A stretch of DNA of 64,000 nucleotides, from contig JBCCHT010000013.1 of assembly GCA_039028615.1 (NCBI GenBank), positions 32,001 through 96,000 of the forward strand, read 5' to 3'. Source of the DNA: Myxococcota bacterium. Its GTDB lineage: Bacteria; Myxococcota_A; Polyangia; Nannocystales; Nannocystaceae. The position numbers were made by a program, and so were the translations under genes. Shown piece after piece: positions 40,649 through 51,321 of this stretch. The notes under the pieces were generated by a model. That model had not been told where the DNA came from and made no database searches. It saw only the letters and a program-made list of their open reading frames with translations. Numbering within the stretch: position 1 is the stretch's first letter; every line of letters begins with the position of its first letter.

Positions 40649-40837
40649 GCACGCTTTTCTCGCGCGGTTGCGGTCGATCTGGCACGGGCCGTTCGTTTGA
40701 CATCTCGTCATGACACGACGTCGGGTCCGGGGGCCGCGGGGCTGCCGATTTGCCTGGGTCACGGGCCGGTGTGCGAGCTAACTGCCTGTTTCGATTGACC
40801 GCGTCGCGTGGGCCCGGCCGTTGCTTTGGATCGGGGC

Positions 40838-43153
40838 ATGAACTTCGGTCACTGGCTTCGTTCGTGTTCCGTGTTGGCGGCCCTCACCCCGGCCGTCGCC
40901 CATGCGGCACCTGCTGCCGATCGACCGGAGCCCCCGTCGTCGGAGCCGCTGTCACCCGTCGAGCCGCGCGACACCTGCAAGAAGCAATCGCCCCACGCCA
41001 AGTTTCGGATCACGCTCGATCGCGAGGCACGACTGGTCGACCTGGTCCGGTGGATGAGCAGCGTCAGCTGCACGAAGTTCATCTGGAGCCCGGCCGTGCG
41101 CGACGGCAAGGTTACCGTGGTCTCACCCGAGCCGGTCACCATGCAACAGGCCTACGCGGCCTTCTACGCCGCATTGGAGACGATGGGGCTCACCGTGGAG
41201 GAGTCGGGGCGCTACCTCAAGATCGTCGAATCCAAGACCGCGTCTCGCGAGGTCGTGCCCGTGTATCGGCCGGGGCAGTCGGCGCCCGTGCAGGACCGCT
41301 TCGTGACTCAGCTGTATCGCCCGCACGAGGGACGGGTCGGCGACGTGGTGTCGGTCATCGAGCACCTCAAGGGCGAGCGCGGCACGGTGACCGCCGTCGG
41401 TGACCTCATCATCATCACCGACACGGGCACCAGCATCGACCGCATGTTGAAGGTCGTCCGCGAGGTCGACGTGGCCCCAGGGGAACGGGATGCGATCTTC
41501 ATGATGCCGCTGCGGCACGCCGAGCCCGAGGAAATCGCCCGCATCGTGGGCGAGGTGTTCATGGACAAGTCGGGGCCATCCAGCGGCGCGAGCTCGTCCA
41601 AGGGCAAGACCAAGACCAAGGGCAAGGCCAAGTCCCCGCCCGCATCGTCGTCGCGGGGGTCCACGGGCAGTGTGGGCGTGGACGAGGCCCGGGTCACGGG
41701 CATCTCCATCGACGCTCGGACGCGGACGTTGCTCATCACCGCGCCGCGGGCTGGGTTCCCCACCGTGCGGCGCTTCATCGAGCGCCTGGACGTGCCCGTG
41801 CCCGACGACGGCGGCACGCTGTTCGTGCTCCCGCTCAAGCACGCCGACCCCGAGGAAATCGCCCAGGTGCTGGGCAATCTCCCCACGAAAGGCGGAGCGG
41901 GGGGCCAGGGGAAGCCGGGGGCGAACGCGGCCCCAGCCCCCGGAGGAGTATCCATCGGGGGCGAAATCCACATCACCGCCGACCCGTCGACGCGCTCGCT
42001 GGTGGTGATGGCCTCGACCCACGACTTTCTCGCCTTGCGCCGGGTGGTGGAGGCGTTGGACGTCGAGCGGCGGCTCGTCTACATCGAGGCGTTCATCCTC
42101 GAGCTTTCGACCGAGCACAGCTTCGGTACCGATGCCTCGGCGCACTACGGCAGCGCCAGGGACGACGGCACGCTGGGCTTCGTGGGCAGCTCGCCCGGCA
42201 ACCTCAACTCGGCCGTGCTCGACACCAGCATCCTGACGGGGCTGGCCGCGGGGGTCATTGGGCCGGCCTTGCCGGGTTCGGACATCTTCGGGCTCGGCCA
42301 GGACCTGCCGTCGTTCGGCGTGGTCATTCAGGCGCTGGAGACCAACAAAGACGTCAACCTCGTGTCCGATCCGCACCTTTACACCTCCGACAACAAGACC
42401 GCCCGCATGGAGGTCGGCCAGAAGATTCCCGTGCCGGTCGGTTCCAATACCGTCAACGGCATCAACCCGGTGACCACGACCCAGTACACGCGCGAGGACA
42501 TCGCGCTGAAGCTGGAGGTCACGCCGCACGTGGGGGAGGGCGGGGCGCTGACCCTCGACATCATGATCGAAAACCAGGAGGTCGATAACCCGAACGCCGA
42601 GGGCGGTCCCACCACGAACAAGCGACGACTCGAGCTCGAGGAGGTCATCGCTCGCGACGGGCAGCCCGTGGTGCTGGGCGGCCTGGTCCAGGAAAAGGAA
42701 GAAATCGCCGAGCGACGGGTGCCGGGGCTGGGGGCCATCCCGCTTTTGGGCTGGCTGTTCAAGAAGCACGACCGGATCCGCCGCAAGACCAACCTGCTGG
42801 TGGTGTTGGTGCCGCATGTGCTCGACTCGCCCGACGACGCGCGACGCATCCACGCCCGTCGCATCGCCGAGCGCCGCGAGCTGCTCGAGCGGGAGACGGC
42901 CTTCAAACGTCGCGACCTCGACGCGCACGTCAACTACCGTCGCAAGTCCGGCTTGCTCGCCGCCGTCCACGCCGAGTCCCGGCGCATGAACGAGGAGGCC
43001 ACGCTGCGACAGGACGCCGAGGCCCAGATCGAGCGCTCGGTGGCCCACAGCATCGCTCCGGACGGCGTCTACGAGGTCACCGCCGCGCCCGAGCCCGCGC
43101 CGGCCGCCCCCGAGGTCGACCCGCGACTGCCCACGGGCGACGCCCGGCCGTGA
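40838..43153 (+). CDS. gspD: Type II secretion secretin GspD
   Basis: Signal peptide, N-domains (LRHAEPEEIA, LKHADPEEIA), VYIEAFILE, DNKTARMEVGQKIP, VPGLGAIPLLGWLFK. Confidence 0.9.
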   Translation: MNFGHWLRSCSVLAALTPAVAHAAPAADRPEPPSSEPLSPVEPRDTCKKQSPHAKFRITLDREARLVDLVRWMSSVSCTKFIWSPAVRDGKVTVVSPEPVTMQQAYAAFYAALETMGLTVEESGRYLKIVESKTASREVVPVYRPGQSAPVQDRFVTQLYRPHEGRVGDVVSVIEHLKGERGTVTAVGDLIIITDTGTSIDRMLKVVREVDVAPGERDAIFMMPLRHAEPEEIARIVGEVFMDKSGPSSGASSSKGKTKTKGKAKSPPASSSRGSTGSVGVDEARVTGISIDARTRTLLITAPRAGFPTVRRFIERLDVPVPDDGGTLFVLPLKHADPEEIAQVLGNLPTKGGAGGQGKPGANAAPAPGGVSIGGEIHITADPSTRSLVVMASTHDFLALRRVVEALDVERRLVYIEAFILELSTEHSFGTDASAHYGSARDDGTLGFVGSSPGNLNSAVLDTSILTGLAAGVIGPALPGSDIFGLGQDLPSFGVVIQALETNKDVNLVSDPHLYTSDNKTARMEVGQKIPVPVGSNTVNGINPVTTTQYTREDIALKLEVTPHVGEGGALTLDIMIENQEVDNPNAEGGPTTNKRRLELEEVIARDGQPVVLGGLVQEKEEIAERRVPGLGAIPLLGWLFKKHDRIRRKTNLLVVLVPHVLDSPDDARRIHARRIAERRELLERETAFKRRDLDAHVNYRRKSGLLAAVHAESRRMNEEATLRQDAEAQIERSVAHSIAPDGVYEVTAAPEPAPAAPEVDPRLPTGDARP

Positions 43154-43884
43154 CGGCTGCTAGCGTGCCTGCCATGGCCCTGCCCCGAACCATCGACGTC
43201 ACCACCTCTTGGATGGCCTCCGTGCTGCGTCTGGGCGCGGGGATGTTCGCGGTGCACGCGGGGACTCGACGCCCCGAGCAGCCGCTGGAGCTGTACGAGT
43301 TCGAGGGATGCCCGTTTTGTCGCAAGGTTCGCGAGGCGCTGACCATGCTCGACCTGCCGGTCGTCGTCTACCCGTGCCCCAAGGGCGGCGAGGTCTACCG
43401 ACCCAAGGTCGTGCAGGAGGGCGGTCGCGAGATGTTCCCGTACCTGGTCGACCCCAACGCGGGCATCGGCATGTACGAGTCGAGCGACATCATCCGGTAC
43501 CTGTACGAGACCTACGGCAATCGCTCCGCGCCGTGGTGGTTGCACAGTGACATCTCGTTGCCCCTCGGGTCGCTCGCCTCCGTGGTCCGCACGCCGGGCG
43601 GGGTGTTTCGCCGGGCCTCGGTCGCTCCGGTCGAGCCGCTCGAGCTGTACAGCTTCGAGGCCTCGCCGTACTGCCGCATCGCTCGCGAGGCGCTGTGCGA
43701 GCTCGAGCTTCCGTACCGACTCATCAACGTCGGCAAGCGCAGCGCCGCTCGAGCCGCCTTCCGCGAGCGCTCGGGCCGGATGATGGTGCCCTGGCTGCAC
43801 GACCCCAACTCGGGCACGGACATGTTCGAGTCGGGGGACATCGCGGCCTACCTGCGTCGCACCTACGGTCGGGCCGACGCTTGA
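43150..43884 (+). CDS. Tandem GST-N/glutaredoxin-like domain protein
   Basis: ELYEFEGCPFCRKVRE...FPYLVDPN and ELYSFEASPYCRIARE...VPWLHDPN. Confidence 0.85.
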   Translation: MTAASVPAMALPRTIDVTTSWMASVLRLGAGMFAVHAGTRRPEQPLELYEFEGCPFCRKVREALTMLDLPVVVYPCPKGGEVYRPKVVQEGGREMFPYLVDPNAGIGMYESSDIIRYLYETYGNRSAPWWLHSDISLPLGSLASVVRTPGGVFRRASVAPVEPLELYSFEASPYCRIAREALCELELPYRLINVGKRSAARAAFRERSGRMMVPWLHDPNSGTDMFESGDIAAYLRRTYGRADA

Positions 43885-43943
43885 AAACGCGGTGATTCCA
43901 ACCGCTTGCCCGACCCTCCTTCGATCCTGCTAGAACCGCCGAA

Positions 43944-46604
43944 ATGGCGGCTCCTCACACCTCGGCGGACACGCCGGTGATGAAGCAGTTCCTCGAGATC
44001 AAGTCCCGCTACCCGGACTCGATCTTGATGTTTCGGATGGGGGACTTCTACGAGATGTTCTTCGAGGACGCGGTCGTGGCTGCGCCGGTCCTCGACATCG
44101 CGCTGACCTCCCGCGACAAGGGAGTCGAGAACGCGGTGCCCATGGCCGGCATCCCGCACCACGCGCTCGGGGGATACCTTCGTACGCTGGTCGAGCGCGG
44201 GATGAAGGTCGCCATCTGCGAGCAGATGGAGACGCCCGAGCAGGCGCGCAAGCGCAAGGGCCCCAAGATCGTCCGACGCGAGGTCGTGCGGGTGGTGACC
44301 CCGGGCGCGCTGGTCGACGAGGAGCACCTGCGCTCGGGCGAGCCCAACTTCCTCGCCGCGGTGGTGGCCGACGAGGACAAGATGCCGGGCGGCTGCAGCC
44401 TGGCCATGCTCGACATCTCCGCGGGCGAGTTCGTCATCATCGACGCGGACTCGGGTACGACCGCAAGCGCGGAGCTTGCGCGATTCGACCCGCGCGAGGT
44501 GCTGGCCGCCCCCGCGATTCACCCCTGGCTGAACACCGCGATGGGCCCCGAGCCGCCGCGGCTGGAGTCGATCCTCGAGGGGCCGTCCAAGCTGGAGCTC
44601 AAGCGGGTGCAGGCGCTGGCCAAAGAGGCGGGGGCCAAGCTGGGGCCGCGGGCGGCAGCGGCCGGGGCTGCGGCGCTGGCCTACGCCGAGGCGACGCAGC
44701 CGGGGCAGACGCTGCTGCTGCATCGCGTGCGTCGGCACGTGCCCTCCTCGCACCTGGTGCTCGACGAGGCCTCGGTCCGCAACCTCGAGCTGTTTCGGAC
44801 GCTGCGCGACGGCTCGCGCAAGGGCTCGCTTTTGTGGTCCATCGACGAGACCCGCACCGCGATGGGGGCACGCACGCTGCGGTCCTGGCTCGGGGCGCCC
44901 TCGCGAGACATCGAGACCATCCGGGCCCGCGCCGACGGCATCGAGGCGCTGCTGCAGGAGCCCGGGCTGCGGGAGCAGCTGCAATCGCGGCTCAAGGACG
45001 TCCGCGACATCGTACGGCTGGCCGCGCGCGCTCGCCTGGGCACGGTGACGCCGCGGGAGCTGGGCAACCTGCGCCTGTCACTGGAGGCCCTGCCGAACCT
45101 CGCCAGCCTGGTGGGTGAGCTGGCCGAGCGCCGCACCGACGGCACGCTGCCCGCCTTGCTCGACCTGGGCGAGGACCTGCTCACGGATCTGCACGCCGAC
45201 CTGGCCGGGACCCTGGTCGACGACCCTCCGGCCCATGCTCGCGACGGCGGCATCATTCGCACGGGGGCCGACAAAGCCCTCGACGAGCAGCGAGCCCTGC
45301 GAGACGGCGGACGCGAGGCTCTGGCGGCCATCGAGACCCGCGAGCGCGAGCGGACCAGCATTCCCACGCTCAAGGTCCAGCACAACCGGGTGTTCGGCTA
45401 CTTCCTCGAGGTGCCCAAGGCTCACCTGTCGCGGGTGCCGGACGACTATGTCCGCAAGCAGACGCTGGCCAGCGCCGAGCGCTACGTCACCGAGGAGCTG
45501 GCGGGCTACGAGTCCAAGGTGCTGGGGGCCCAGGCCCAGGCGCTGGCGCGCGAGCAGGAGCTGTTCCTCGCCATCCGCAAGCGGGTGAGCGACCAGGGCG
45601 AGCGCTTGGGCCGAGTGGGCGAGCGCCTGGCGGTGGTCGACGTGCTCACGGGGCTGGCCGAGGTCGCCTCGCGTCACGACTTCTGCCGACCGACCATCGT
45701 CGAAAACCCCATCCTCGAGATCGAGCAGGGCCGCCACCCGGTGGTCGAGCGCATGCTCGGGGCGGGGCGCTTCGTGCCCAACGATACCCGGCTGCGGGCG
45801 CAGGGCGGCTCGGTGGGCGTCGACGATGCCCGCGTGCAGCTCATCACCGGACCCAACATGGGCGGCAAGAGCACGGTGATGCGCCAGGTGGCGCTCATCG
45901 CCATCTTGGCGCACATGGGCAGCTTCGTGCCCGCGGTCAGTGCCACCGTGGGGCTGGCCGACCGGGTGTTCACCCGCGTGGGGGCGGCCGACGACCTCGG
46001 GCGTGGCGACTCGACGTTCATGGTCGAGATGCGGGAGACGGCGCAGATCCTCTCGCACGCCAGCGAGCGCAGCCTGGTGCTGCTGGACGAGATCGGCCGC
46101 GGCACGGCGACCTTCGACGGCCTCGCGCTGGCGTGGGCCATCACCGAGTACCTGCACGATCAGGTCGGCTGCCGCACCATGTTCGCGACCCACTATCACG
46201 AGCTGTGTGCGCTGGAGAACAGCCTGGCCGGGGTCCGCAACATCCACGTCACCGTGCACGAGCAGCGCGGGCGCATCGTGTTCCTGCACCAGGTGCAGCC
46301 CGGCCCGGCGGGTCGCAGCTACGGCATCCAGGTGGGGCGCTTGGCCGGGCTCCCGGCTCGGGTGCTGCGACGCGCCGACCGGATCCTCGGACGGCTCGAG
46401 GCCAACCCCCACGCCGGGGGAGCGCCGCAGATGGACCTGTTCACGCCTTCGGCCCCCATCGAGCCCAGCGGCGGTCCCCGCTCGGACGACCCGGCGGTGC
46501 AGGAGGTGCTCGAGACGCTCGCCGATCTCGATGCCGACGACCTGTCGCCACGCCAGGCTCATGACCAGCTGCGGGCCATCCTCGAGCGTCTGCACGGCGG
46601 CTGA
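43944..46604 (+). CDS. mutS: DNA mismatch repair protein MutS
   Basis: FRMGDFYEMF, TGPNMGGKST, STFMVEM, DEIGRGT, FATHYHEL, clamp motif QMDLF. Confidence 0.98.
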   Translation: MAAPHTSADTPVMKQFLEIKSRYPDSILMFRMGDFYEMFFEDAVVAAPVLDIALTSRDKGVENAVPMAGIPHHALGGYLRTLVERGMKVAICEQMETPEQARKRKGPKIVRREVVRVVTPGALVDEEHLRSGEPNFLAAVVADEDKMPGGCSLAMLDISAGEFVIIDADSGTTASAELARFDPREVLAAPAIHPWLNTAMGPEPPRLESILEGPSKLELKRVQALAKEAGAKLGPRAAAAGAAALAYAEATQPGQTLLLHRVRRHVPSSHLVLDEASVRNLELFRTLRDGSRKGSLLWSIDETRTAMGARTLRSWLGAPSRDIETIRARADGIEALLQEPGLREQLQSRLKDVRDIVRLAARARLGTVTPRELGNLRLSLEALPNLASLVGELAERRTDGTLPALLDLGEDLLTDLHADLAGTLVDDPPAHARDGGIIRTGADKALDEQRALRDGGREALAAIETRERERTSIPTLKVQHNRVFGYFLEVPKAHLSRVPDDYVRKQTLASAERYVTEELAGYESKVLGAQAQALAREQELFLAIRKRVSDQGERLGRVGERLAVVDVLTGLAEVASRHDFCRPTIVENPILEIEQGRHPVVERMLGAGRFVPNDTRLRAQGGSVGVDDARVQLITGPNMGGKSTVMRQVALIAILAHMGSFVPAVSATVGLADRVFTRVGAADDLGRGDSTFMVEMRETAQILSHASERSLVLLDEIGRGTATFDGLALAWAITEYLHDQVGCRTMFATHYHELCALENSLAGVRNIHVTVHEQRGRIVFLHQVQPGPAGRSYGIQVGRLAGLPARVLRRADRILGRLEANPHAGGAPQMDLFTPSAPIEPSGGPRSDDPAVQEVLETLADLDADDLSPRQAHDQLRAILERLHGG

Positions 46605-46816
46605 GCCGAGTCGGGGATGCCCTGCGCCCCGGGGATCGGGCTCGCCGGATCCACTGGGTCCGACGATCGCGTAGTCCCGACGGACCTCCAAACATCACCG
46701 GATCTCGGCGCCCGCGATCGGCCCCGACGCCCGACTGGATCGCGGTGGCAGAATCCCCGTGGGCCCGGGTGCCGCCCTGACAATGTCGGACTGGGTGTGT
46801 TAGCGTCGCACCGATC

Positions 46817-47875
46817 GTGATGACGACCATGCGGACTCTATCGTGTACGACCATGGCCCTCGCGCTCGCCCTCTTCGGGGGCTGTGGCAAGGGGGGAAAC
46901 ACCGTCAACCCGGACCAGGGCAGCAACCTCGTCGGTTCATTCGAGGATGATGGCTCGAGCATCGACGACGAGGACCTGGGGGGCTTTGACGACGAGGACG
47001 ACGAGTTCGCCGACGATGGCTCCGAGGTCGAGGTCGAGAAGCTCGCCGACCTCCCCAAGCGCGCCAAGCCGGTCAAGAAGTGCAAGGGCAAGGGCAAGAA
47101 GCGCAAGTGCGGCATGACCGACCCCAAGCCCAAGGTGAGCGCGTCCTATGGCGCCCGCACCCTCAAGGGCGACTTCCGCTGGGGCATGAACACCCGCGAC
47201 GTCTTCAAGCTGCTGTCGCGCGAGATCGACGCCGAGTACGACAAGCGCCAAGAGTCGGCCGGCGGCGACGCGATGGCCCAGGACAACGCCCGCACCTGGC
47301 GGTCCGACCAGGTCAAGAGCCTCAAGGCCAACCACACCCGCTTCAAGTCGGCCTCCAAGCACCGCTGGGGCGTCTCGCTCATCCAGTACGAGTACGAGGA
47401 CGACTCCGAGGAGGAAATGCTGTGGGTGAAGGCCAACCCCAACCTGCGGAAGTTCTACTTCTTCAAGGACGGCGAGCTGTGGAAGATCTTCTACGCCTAC
47501 AGCCCCGAGAGCTGGCCCGGCAAGCCCTACGCCGACGTCGTCGAGGAGAAGTTCAAGAAGTGGTTCGGCATCAGCCCCGACGAGCGCGTCAAGCAGGACC
47601 CGGAGACGGCCGCCCCGCTGGTGCGCTTCTTCGAGTGGAAGTCGTCCGACGGTGACATCGTCCGCTCCTTCGACATGACCGCCGTGCACGGCGTCATCGG
47701 CCTGGCGGTCATCGATCAGGGCACCGAGGACTCGGTCGGCGAGCGCCTGCCCAACGTCGGTCGCGACGAGGACATCGGCGGTGTGGTCGGTGACGTGCTC
47801 GGTGGCTCCGACGTCTGCTACGACAACGACGGCGAGATCGTCGAGTGTGACGACAGCGGCGGCGACGGCCTCTAA
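46817..47875 (+). CDS. Hypothetical lipoprotein
   Basis: Lipobox FGGC; strongly C/G-ending codon usage; acidic and Lys-rich segments. Confidence 0.75.
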   Translation: MMTTMRTLSCTTMALALALFGGCGKGGNTVNPDQGSNLVGSFEDDGSSIDDEDLGGFDDEDDEFADDGSEVEVEKLADLPKRAKPVKKCKGKGKKRKCGMTDPKPKVSASYGARTLKGDFRWGMNTRDVFKLLSREIDAEYDKRQESAGGDAMAQDNARTWRSDQVKSLKANHTRFKSASKHRWGVSLIQYEYEDDSEEEMLWVKANPNLRKFYFFKDGELWKIFYAYSPESWPGKPYADVVEEKFKKWFGISPDERVKQDPETAAPLVRFFEWKSSDGDIVRSFDMTAVHGVIGLAVIDQGTEDSVGERLPNVGRDEDIGGVVGDVLGGSDVCYDNDGEIVECDDSGGDGL

Positions 47876-47955
47876 GCCCCGCCGACCTTCGTTGCTCAGG
47901 CGCGCCCCGTGGCTTCATGTCGCGGGGCGTCGTCGTATGAGAAGCTCGACCGCGC

Positions 47956-48882
47956 ATGAGCGCCGCCGCGGACCCCTTTGCGCCCCTGGAGCCGGGCGAG
48001 TACGTGCTGCTGCGAGGAGGCTACGGAGGCTTCGCCAAGTACATCTGGAGCGTGATCTTCGGGGGCTTCGCCATCTTCAGCGTGCTGACGCCCATCGGCA
48101 TCCTGATCTTCGGCACCCTGACCACGCAGGACTGGGTGCCATCGCTCGTCTTGGGCCCGCTGATGGCCCTCATCGCCGCCGTGCCCTGGCTCCGCTCGGG
48201 AGCCTACCGCCTGACCAACCGACGGCTGTCGTTCAAGCCGTCGCTGCGGGCGGTTCGCGAGGCGAGGTTGTCGGAGATTACGGCGCTCGAGGACGTCGGC
48301 GATCGCAAGCAGGGGCTGCGGGTGCTGACCGCCGACCAAAAACTCGACCTGCGCAACGTCAGCAAGTGGCAGCGGCTGTGGGGGGCCATCTTGCTTTATC
48401 GCATCGAGGGCATGGACGAGCCGCTGCCGCCGGCCAAGGGCCGGGTGAGCCACGTCCGCATGCGGTGCTTCCACCAGACGGGGCGCGGGCGCTTCGGCCG
48501 GGGCACGCTGGTGCTGCGGCCCACCTACGGGGTGTTCTTGCCCGACGGCTCCGAGGTGAACGCGTTGCGTGAGGGCATCGCGGCATTGGTGAGCAGCACG
48601 ACCACCATTCACGCCCAGCTGCCCACCATGGAGTACGTGGGGCGGCTGGCGATCGCCGGAGACGACATCTTCGACGACCGGCTGCGGGCGCTGGCGAGGC
48701 GCATCGATGCCACGGCGCTGACCCCGGGGCAGCTGCCGGGCCTCGTGCGCCCGGTCCGGCTGTGGAAGGCCCGCACGATGGTCCGATTGCGCGAGGGCTT
48801 CGTGATGATGCAGGGCTCGTGCCCCACTGCGATGGCCGAGGCGGCGCCCTGGTTGGACACCTGGGGCCGCCCGCCGGGCTGA
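47956..48882 (+). CDS. Hypothetical membrane protein, possible bacterial PH domain
   Basis: Two TM helices followed by YRLTNRRL. Confidence 0.6.
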   Translation: MSAAADPFAPLEPGEYVLLRGGYGGFAKYIWSVIFGGFAIFSVLTPIGILIFGTLTTQDWVPSLVLGPLMALIAAVPWLRSGAYRLTNRRLSFKPSLRAVREARLSEITALEDVGDRKQGLRVLTADQKLDLRNVSKWQRLWGAILLYRIEGMDEPLPPAKGRVSHVRMRCFHQTGRGRFGRGTLVLRPTYGVFLPDGSEVNALREGIAALVSSTTTIHAQLPTMEYVGRLAIAGDDIFDDRLRALARRIDATALTPGQLPGLVRPVRLWKARTMVRLREGFVMMQGSCPTAMAEAAPWLDTWGRPPG

Positions 48883-48897
48883 GTCGGTGTGCCGCCC

Positions 48898-51321
48898 TCA
48901 GTGGCGGAAGTAGAGCACCGCCGAGCGCTGCTCGAGCCCGGTCTCGAACTCCACCGACTTCGAACGAATGCCGGGCGGGCGCTCGACCGGCAGGTGGGTG
49001 GGGTGGGGCACCCCGAACACCACCTCGGTCATGAAGTTGGTCCACAGCGGGGTGGCGGTGGTGTAGCTGGCCTCTTCGTCGCCCATCGAGCGCTCGTACT
49101 CGTCGTCGCCCATCCAGGCGGCGGTGACGTAGCGACCGGTGAAGCCGAGGAACCAGGTGTCGGTGGTGTTCTTGGCCTTGGACGCGGTGCCGCTCTTGCC
49201 CCCCGCGGGCAGGCCGATCTTCTGCGCGCGCCGGCCGATGCCCGAGGTCACCACGTCTCGCATCATGCGGGTGATGAGGAACGCCGTGCGCTCGTCCACG
49301 AGCTGGGTGGGGGCGTCGGCGGTGGCCAGGCGCCCCATGGCGTCGAGGCGCCCGGCGACGTCCATGGACTCGTCGTAGGGGTGGCGATGGTCGAGCACGA
49401 CCACGCCGCGCTTGTCGGTCACCCGACGCACGTAGCGGGGCTGCCAGCTCTGGCCCCCGCGCACGAAGATGCCGAAGGCTCGAGTCAGCTCGTCCATGCG
49501 CACGCACGAGGCCCCGAGCGACAGCGCCTTGTCGGCGATGAGCTCGGTGGTCAGCCCCAGCCGTCGCGCCCAGGTCACCACGTTGGCCGCGCCCAGCTGC
49601 TTGAACAGCCGAATCGAGGGCAGGTTGAGCGAGTGGATGAACGCGTTGCGCAGCAGGATCCGGCCGGACAAGGTGCCGTGGATGTTCTGCGGGTTCCACT
49701 CTTCGCCGGGGTCGGGCTCGTACGCCTTGTCCTCGAGCATCGAGTCCATGGCGAAGCGCGGCGTGTCGAGGGCGAGGCCGTAGTAAATGGCCTTGAACAC
49801 GCTGCCGGGCTGCCGACAGGCCTGCGTCGTGCGGTTGAACTGCGAGTGATCGTAGTCCCAGCCGCCCTGCATGGCGACGACGTAGCCGGTCTGGTGATCG
49901 GTGGTGTACAGCGCGGCCTCGGTGCGCGGGCTCTGGCTGAGGCGCGAGACGATGAGGTCGGGTCGCTCGGGGTCGGGCGGCGTGCTGCGGGGGTTTTCGA
50001 CCCGCTGGATCCACACCACGTCGCCGGCCTCGAGCGCATTGCGGACGTCGTGCAGCTCGACCCCGTTGCGCCCCGTGTTGCGGTCGTAGCGGGAGGCCCA
50101 GCTCATGTGGCGCAGCGGCACGATGCCCTGCGCGTCGCCGACCTCGACCCAGGCGTTGAACTTGTTGACCTCGGTGACCAGGGCGAGCACGTAGCGGCTC
50201 GAGTCCTCCAGCGGGGTGGGGCCGTAGTGGTCACGGAGGCGCTGGCGGAACGCCTCGCGCTGGGACTCGGTGCGCAGGTTGGCCTCGGGCCCGCGCCAGC
50301 CCTGGCGCCCGTCGAGCTTGCGGACGCCGCGGTCCACCGAGGCGGCGGCGTGGTGCTGCAGCGCCAGCTGCACCGGGGTCTCGATCTGGAGGCCATCGGT
50401 GAGCACCGACTCTTCGCCCAGGGCGTCGATGACCTCGCGCCGGGCCTGCTCGCCGTAGTAGGGCGCGCGCTCGCGGAAGGGGTCGGGCGCATCGTCGGCC
50501 AGCACGATGGGCTCCGCGTCGGCGGCATCGCGCTGCTCGGCGTCGATGTAGCCGGCCTCGACCATGTCTTGCAGCACGACACCCCGGCGACGCTCGGCCC
50601 GCTCCATGCTCGCGAAGGGGCTGTAGCGGCTGGGGGCGCGCGCCAGGCCGGCAATCATGGCGCACTCGGCCAGGCTCAGGTCGGCGAGCTCCTTGCCGAA
50701 GTAGCGACTGGCCGCGGTGGCCACCCCGTAGGCGCCGTGCCCGAGGAAGATCTTGTTGAGGTAGACCTCGAGGATCTGCGACTTGTCGAGCCGCGACTCC
50801 ATGCGCACCGACAAGATCGCCTCGCGAAGCTTGCGGGTGATGGTCTGCTCGCGCGTCAGGTAGCCCTTGGCGACCTGCTGGGTGATGGTGGAGCCGCCCT
50901 GCGCGATGGTGCCCGACCGGAAGTTGGCCACCACCGCCCGCGCGAGGCCGCGGTAGTCGAGGCCGCCGTGCTCGAAGAAGCGGCGGTCCTCGGCGGCCAT
51001 GAATGCCTCGATGAGCTGCGTGGGGATCTCGTCGTACCCCGCGTAGGCACGGTGCTCCCGGGCCACCTCGACCAGCATGGCGCCGCTGCTGGCGTAGACC
51101 CGGGTGACCCCGGGGGCGAGCGACGCGTAGCTCTCGATCGAGCTGACCTGCGGCAGGTCGGTGGCGAAGTGGCGGTAGGTCGAGACCCCGGCGAGCACCA
51201 GGACCCAGAACAGCCCCACGAGGGCGAACACCACATAGCGAAAGAGCCAGCCAATGAGGCCGGCTCTCGCGGGGTTCTTAACCCAAACCCGGGTGGGCTT
51301 AGCCGTCTCCGCCGCTTCCAT
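48898..51321 (-). CDS. mrcA: Penicillin-binding protein 1A (transglycosylase/transpeptidase)
   Basis: AAEDRRFFEH, GGSTITQQ, RKLRE, RQPGSVFK, SLN, KSGT. Confidence 0.93.
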   Translation of the reverse strand: MEAAETAKPTRVWVKNPARAGLIGWLFRYVVFALVGLFWVLVLAGVSTYRHFATDLPQVSSIESYASLAPGVTRVYASSGAMLVEVAREHRAYAGYDEIPTQLIEAFMAAEDRRFFEHGGLDYRGLARAVVANFRSGTIAQGGSTITQQVAKGYLTREQTITRKLREAILSVRMESRLDKSQILEVYLNKIFLGHGAYGVATAASRYFGKELADLSLAECAMIAGLARAPSRYSPFASMERAERRRGVVLQDMVEAGYIDAEQRDAADAEPIVLADDAPDPFRERAPYYGEQARREVIDALGEESVLTDGLQIETPVQLALQHHAAASVDRGVRKLDGRQGWRGPEANLRTESQREAFRQRLRDHYGPTPLEDSSRYVLALVTEVNKFNAWVEVGDAQGIVPLRHMSWASRYDRNTGRNGVELHDVRNALEAGDVVWIQRVENPRSTPPDPERPDLIVSRLSQSPRTEAALYTTDHQTGYVVAMQGGWDYDHSQFNRTTQACRQPGSVFKAIYYGLALDTPRFAMDSMLEDKAYEPDPGEEWNPQNIHGTLSGRILLRNAFIHSLNLPSIRLFKQLGAANVVTWARRLGLTTELIADKALSLGASCVRMDELTRAFGIFVRGGQSWQPRYVRRVTDKRGVVVLDHRHPYDESMDVAGRLDAMGRLATADAPTQLVDERTAFLITRMMRDVVTSGIGRRAQKIGLPAGGKSGTASKAKNTTDTWFLGFTGRYVTAAWMGDDEYERSMGDEEASYTTATPLWTNFMTEVVFGVPHPTHLPVERPPGIRSKSVEFETGLEQRSAVLYFRH

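Noticed and set aside
40680..40696. TGGCACG as a sigma54 promoter
   Set aside because: The -12 TTGC element is missing at the required spacing.
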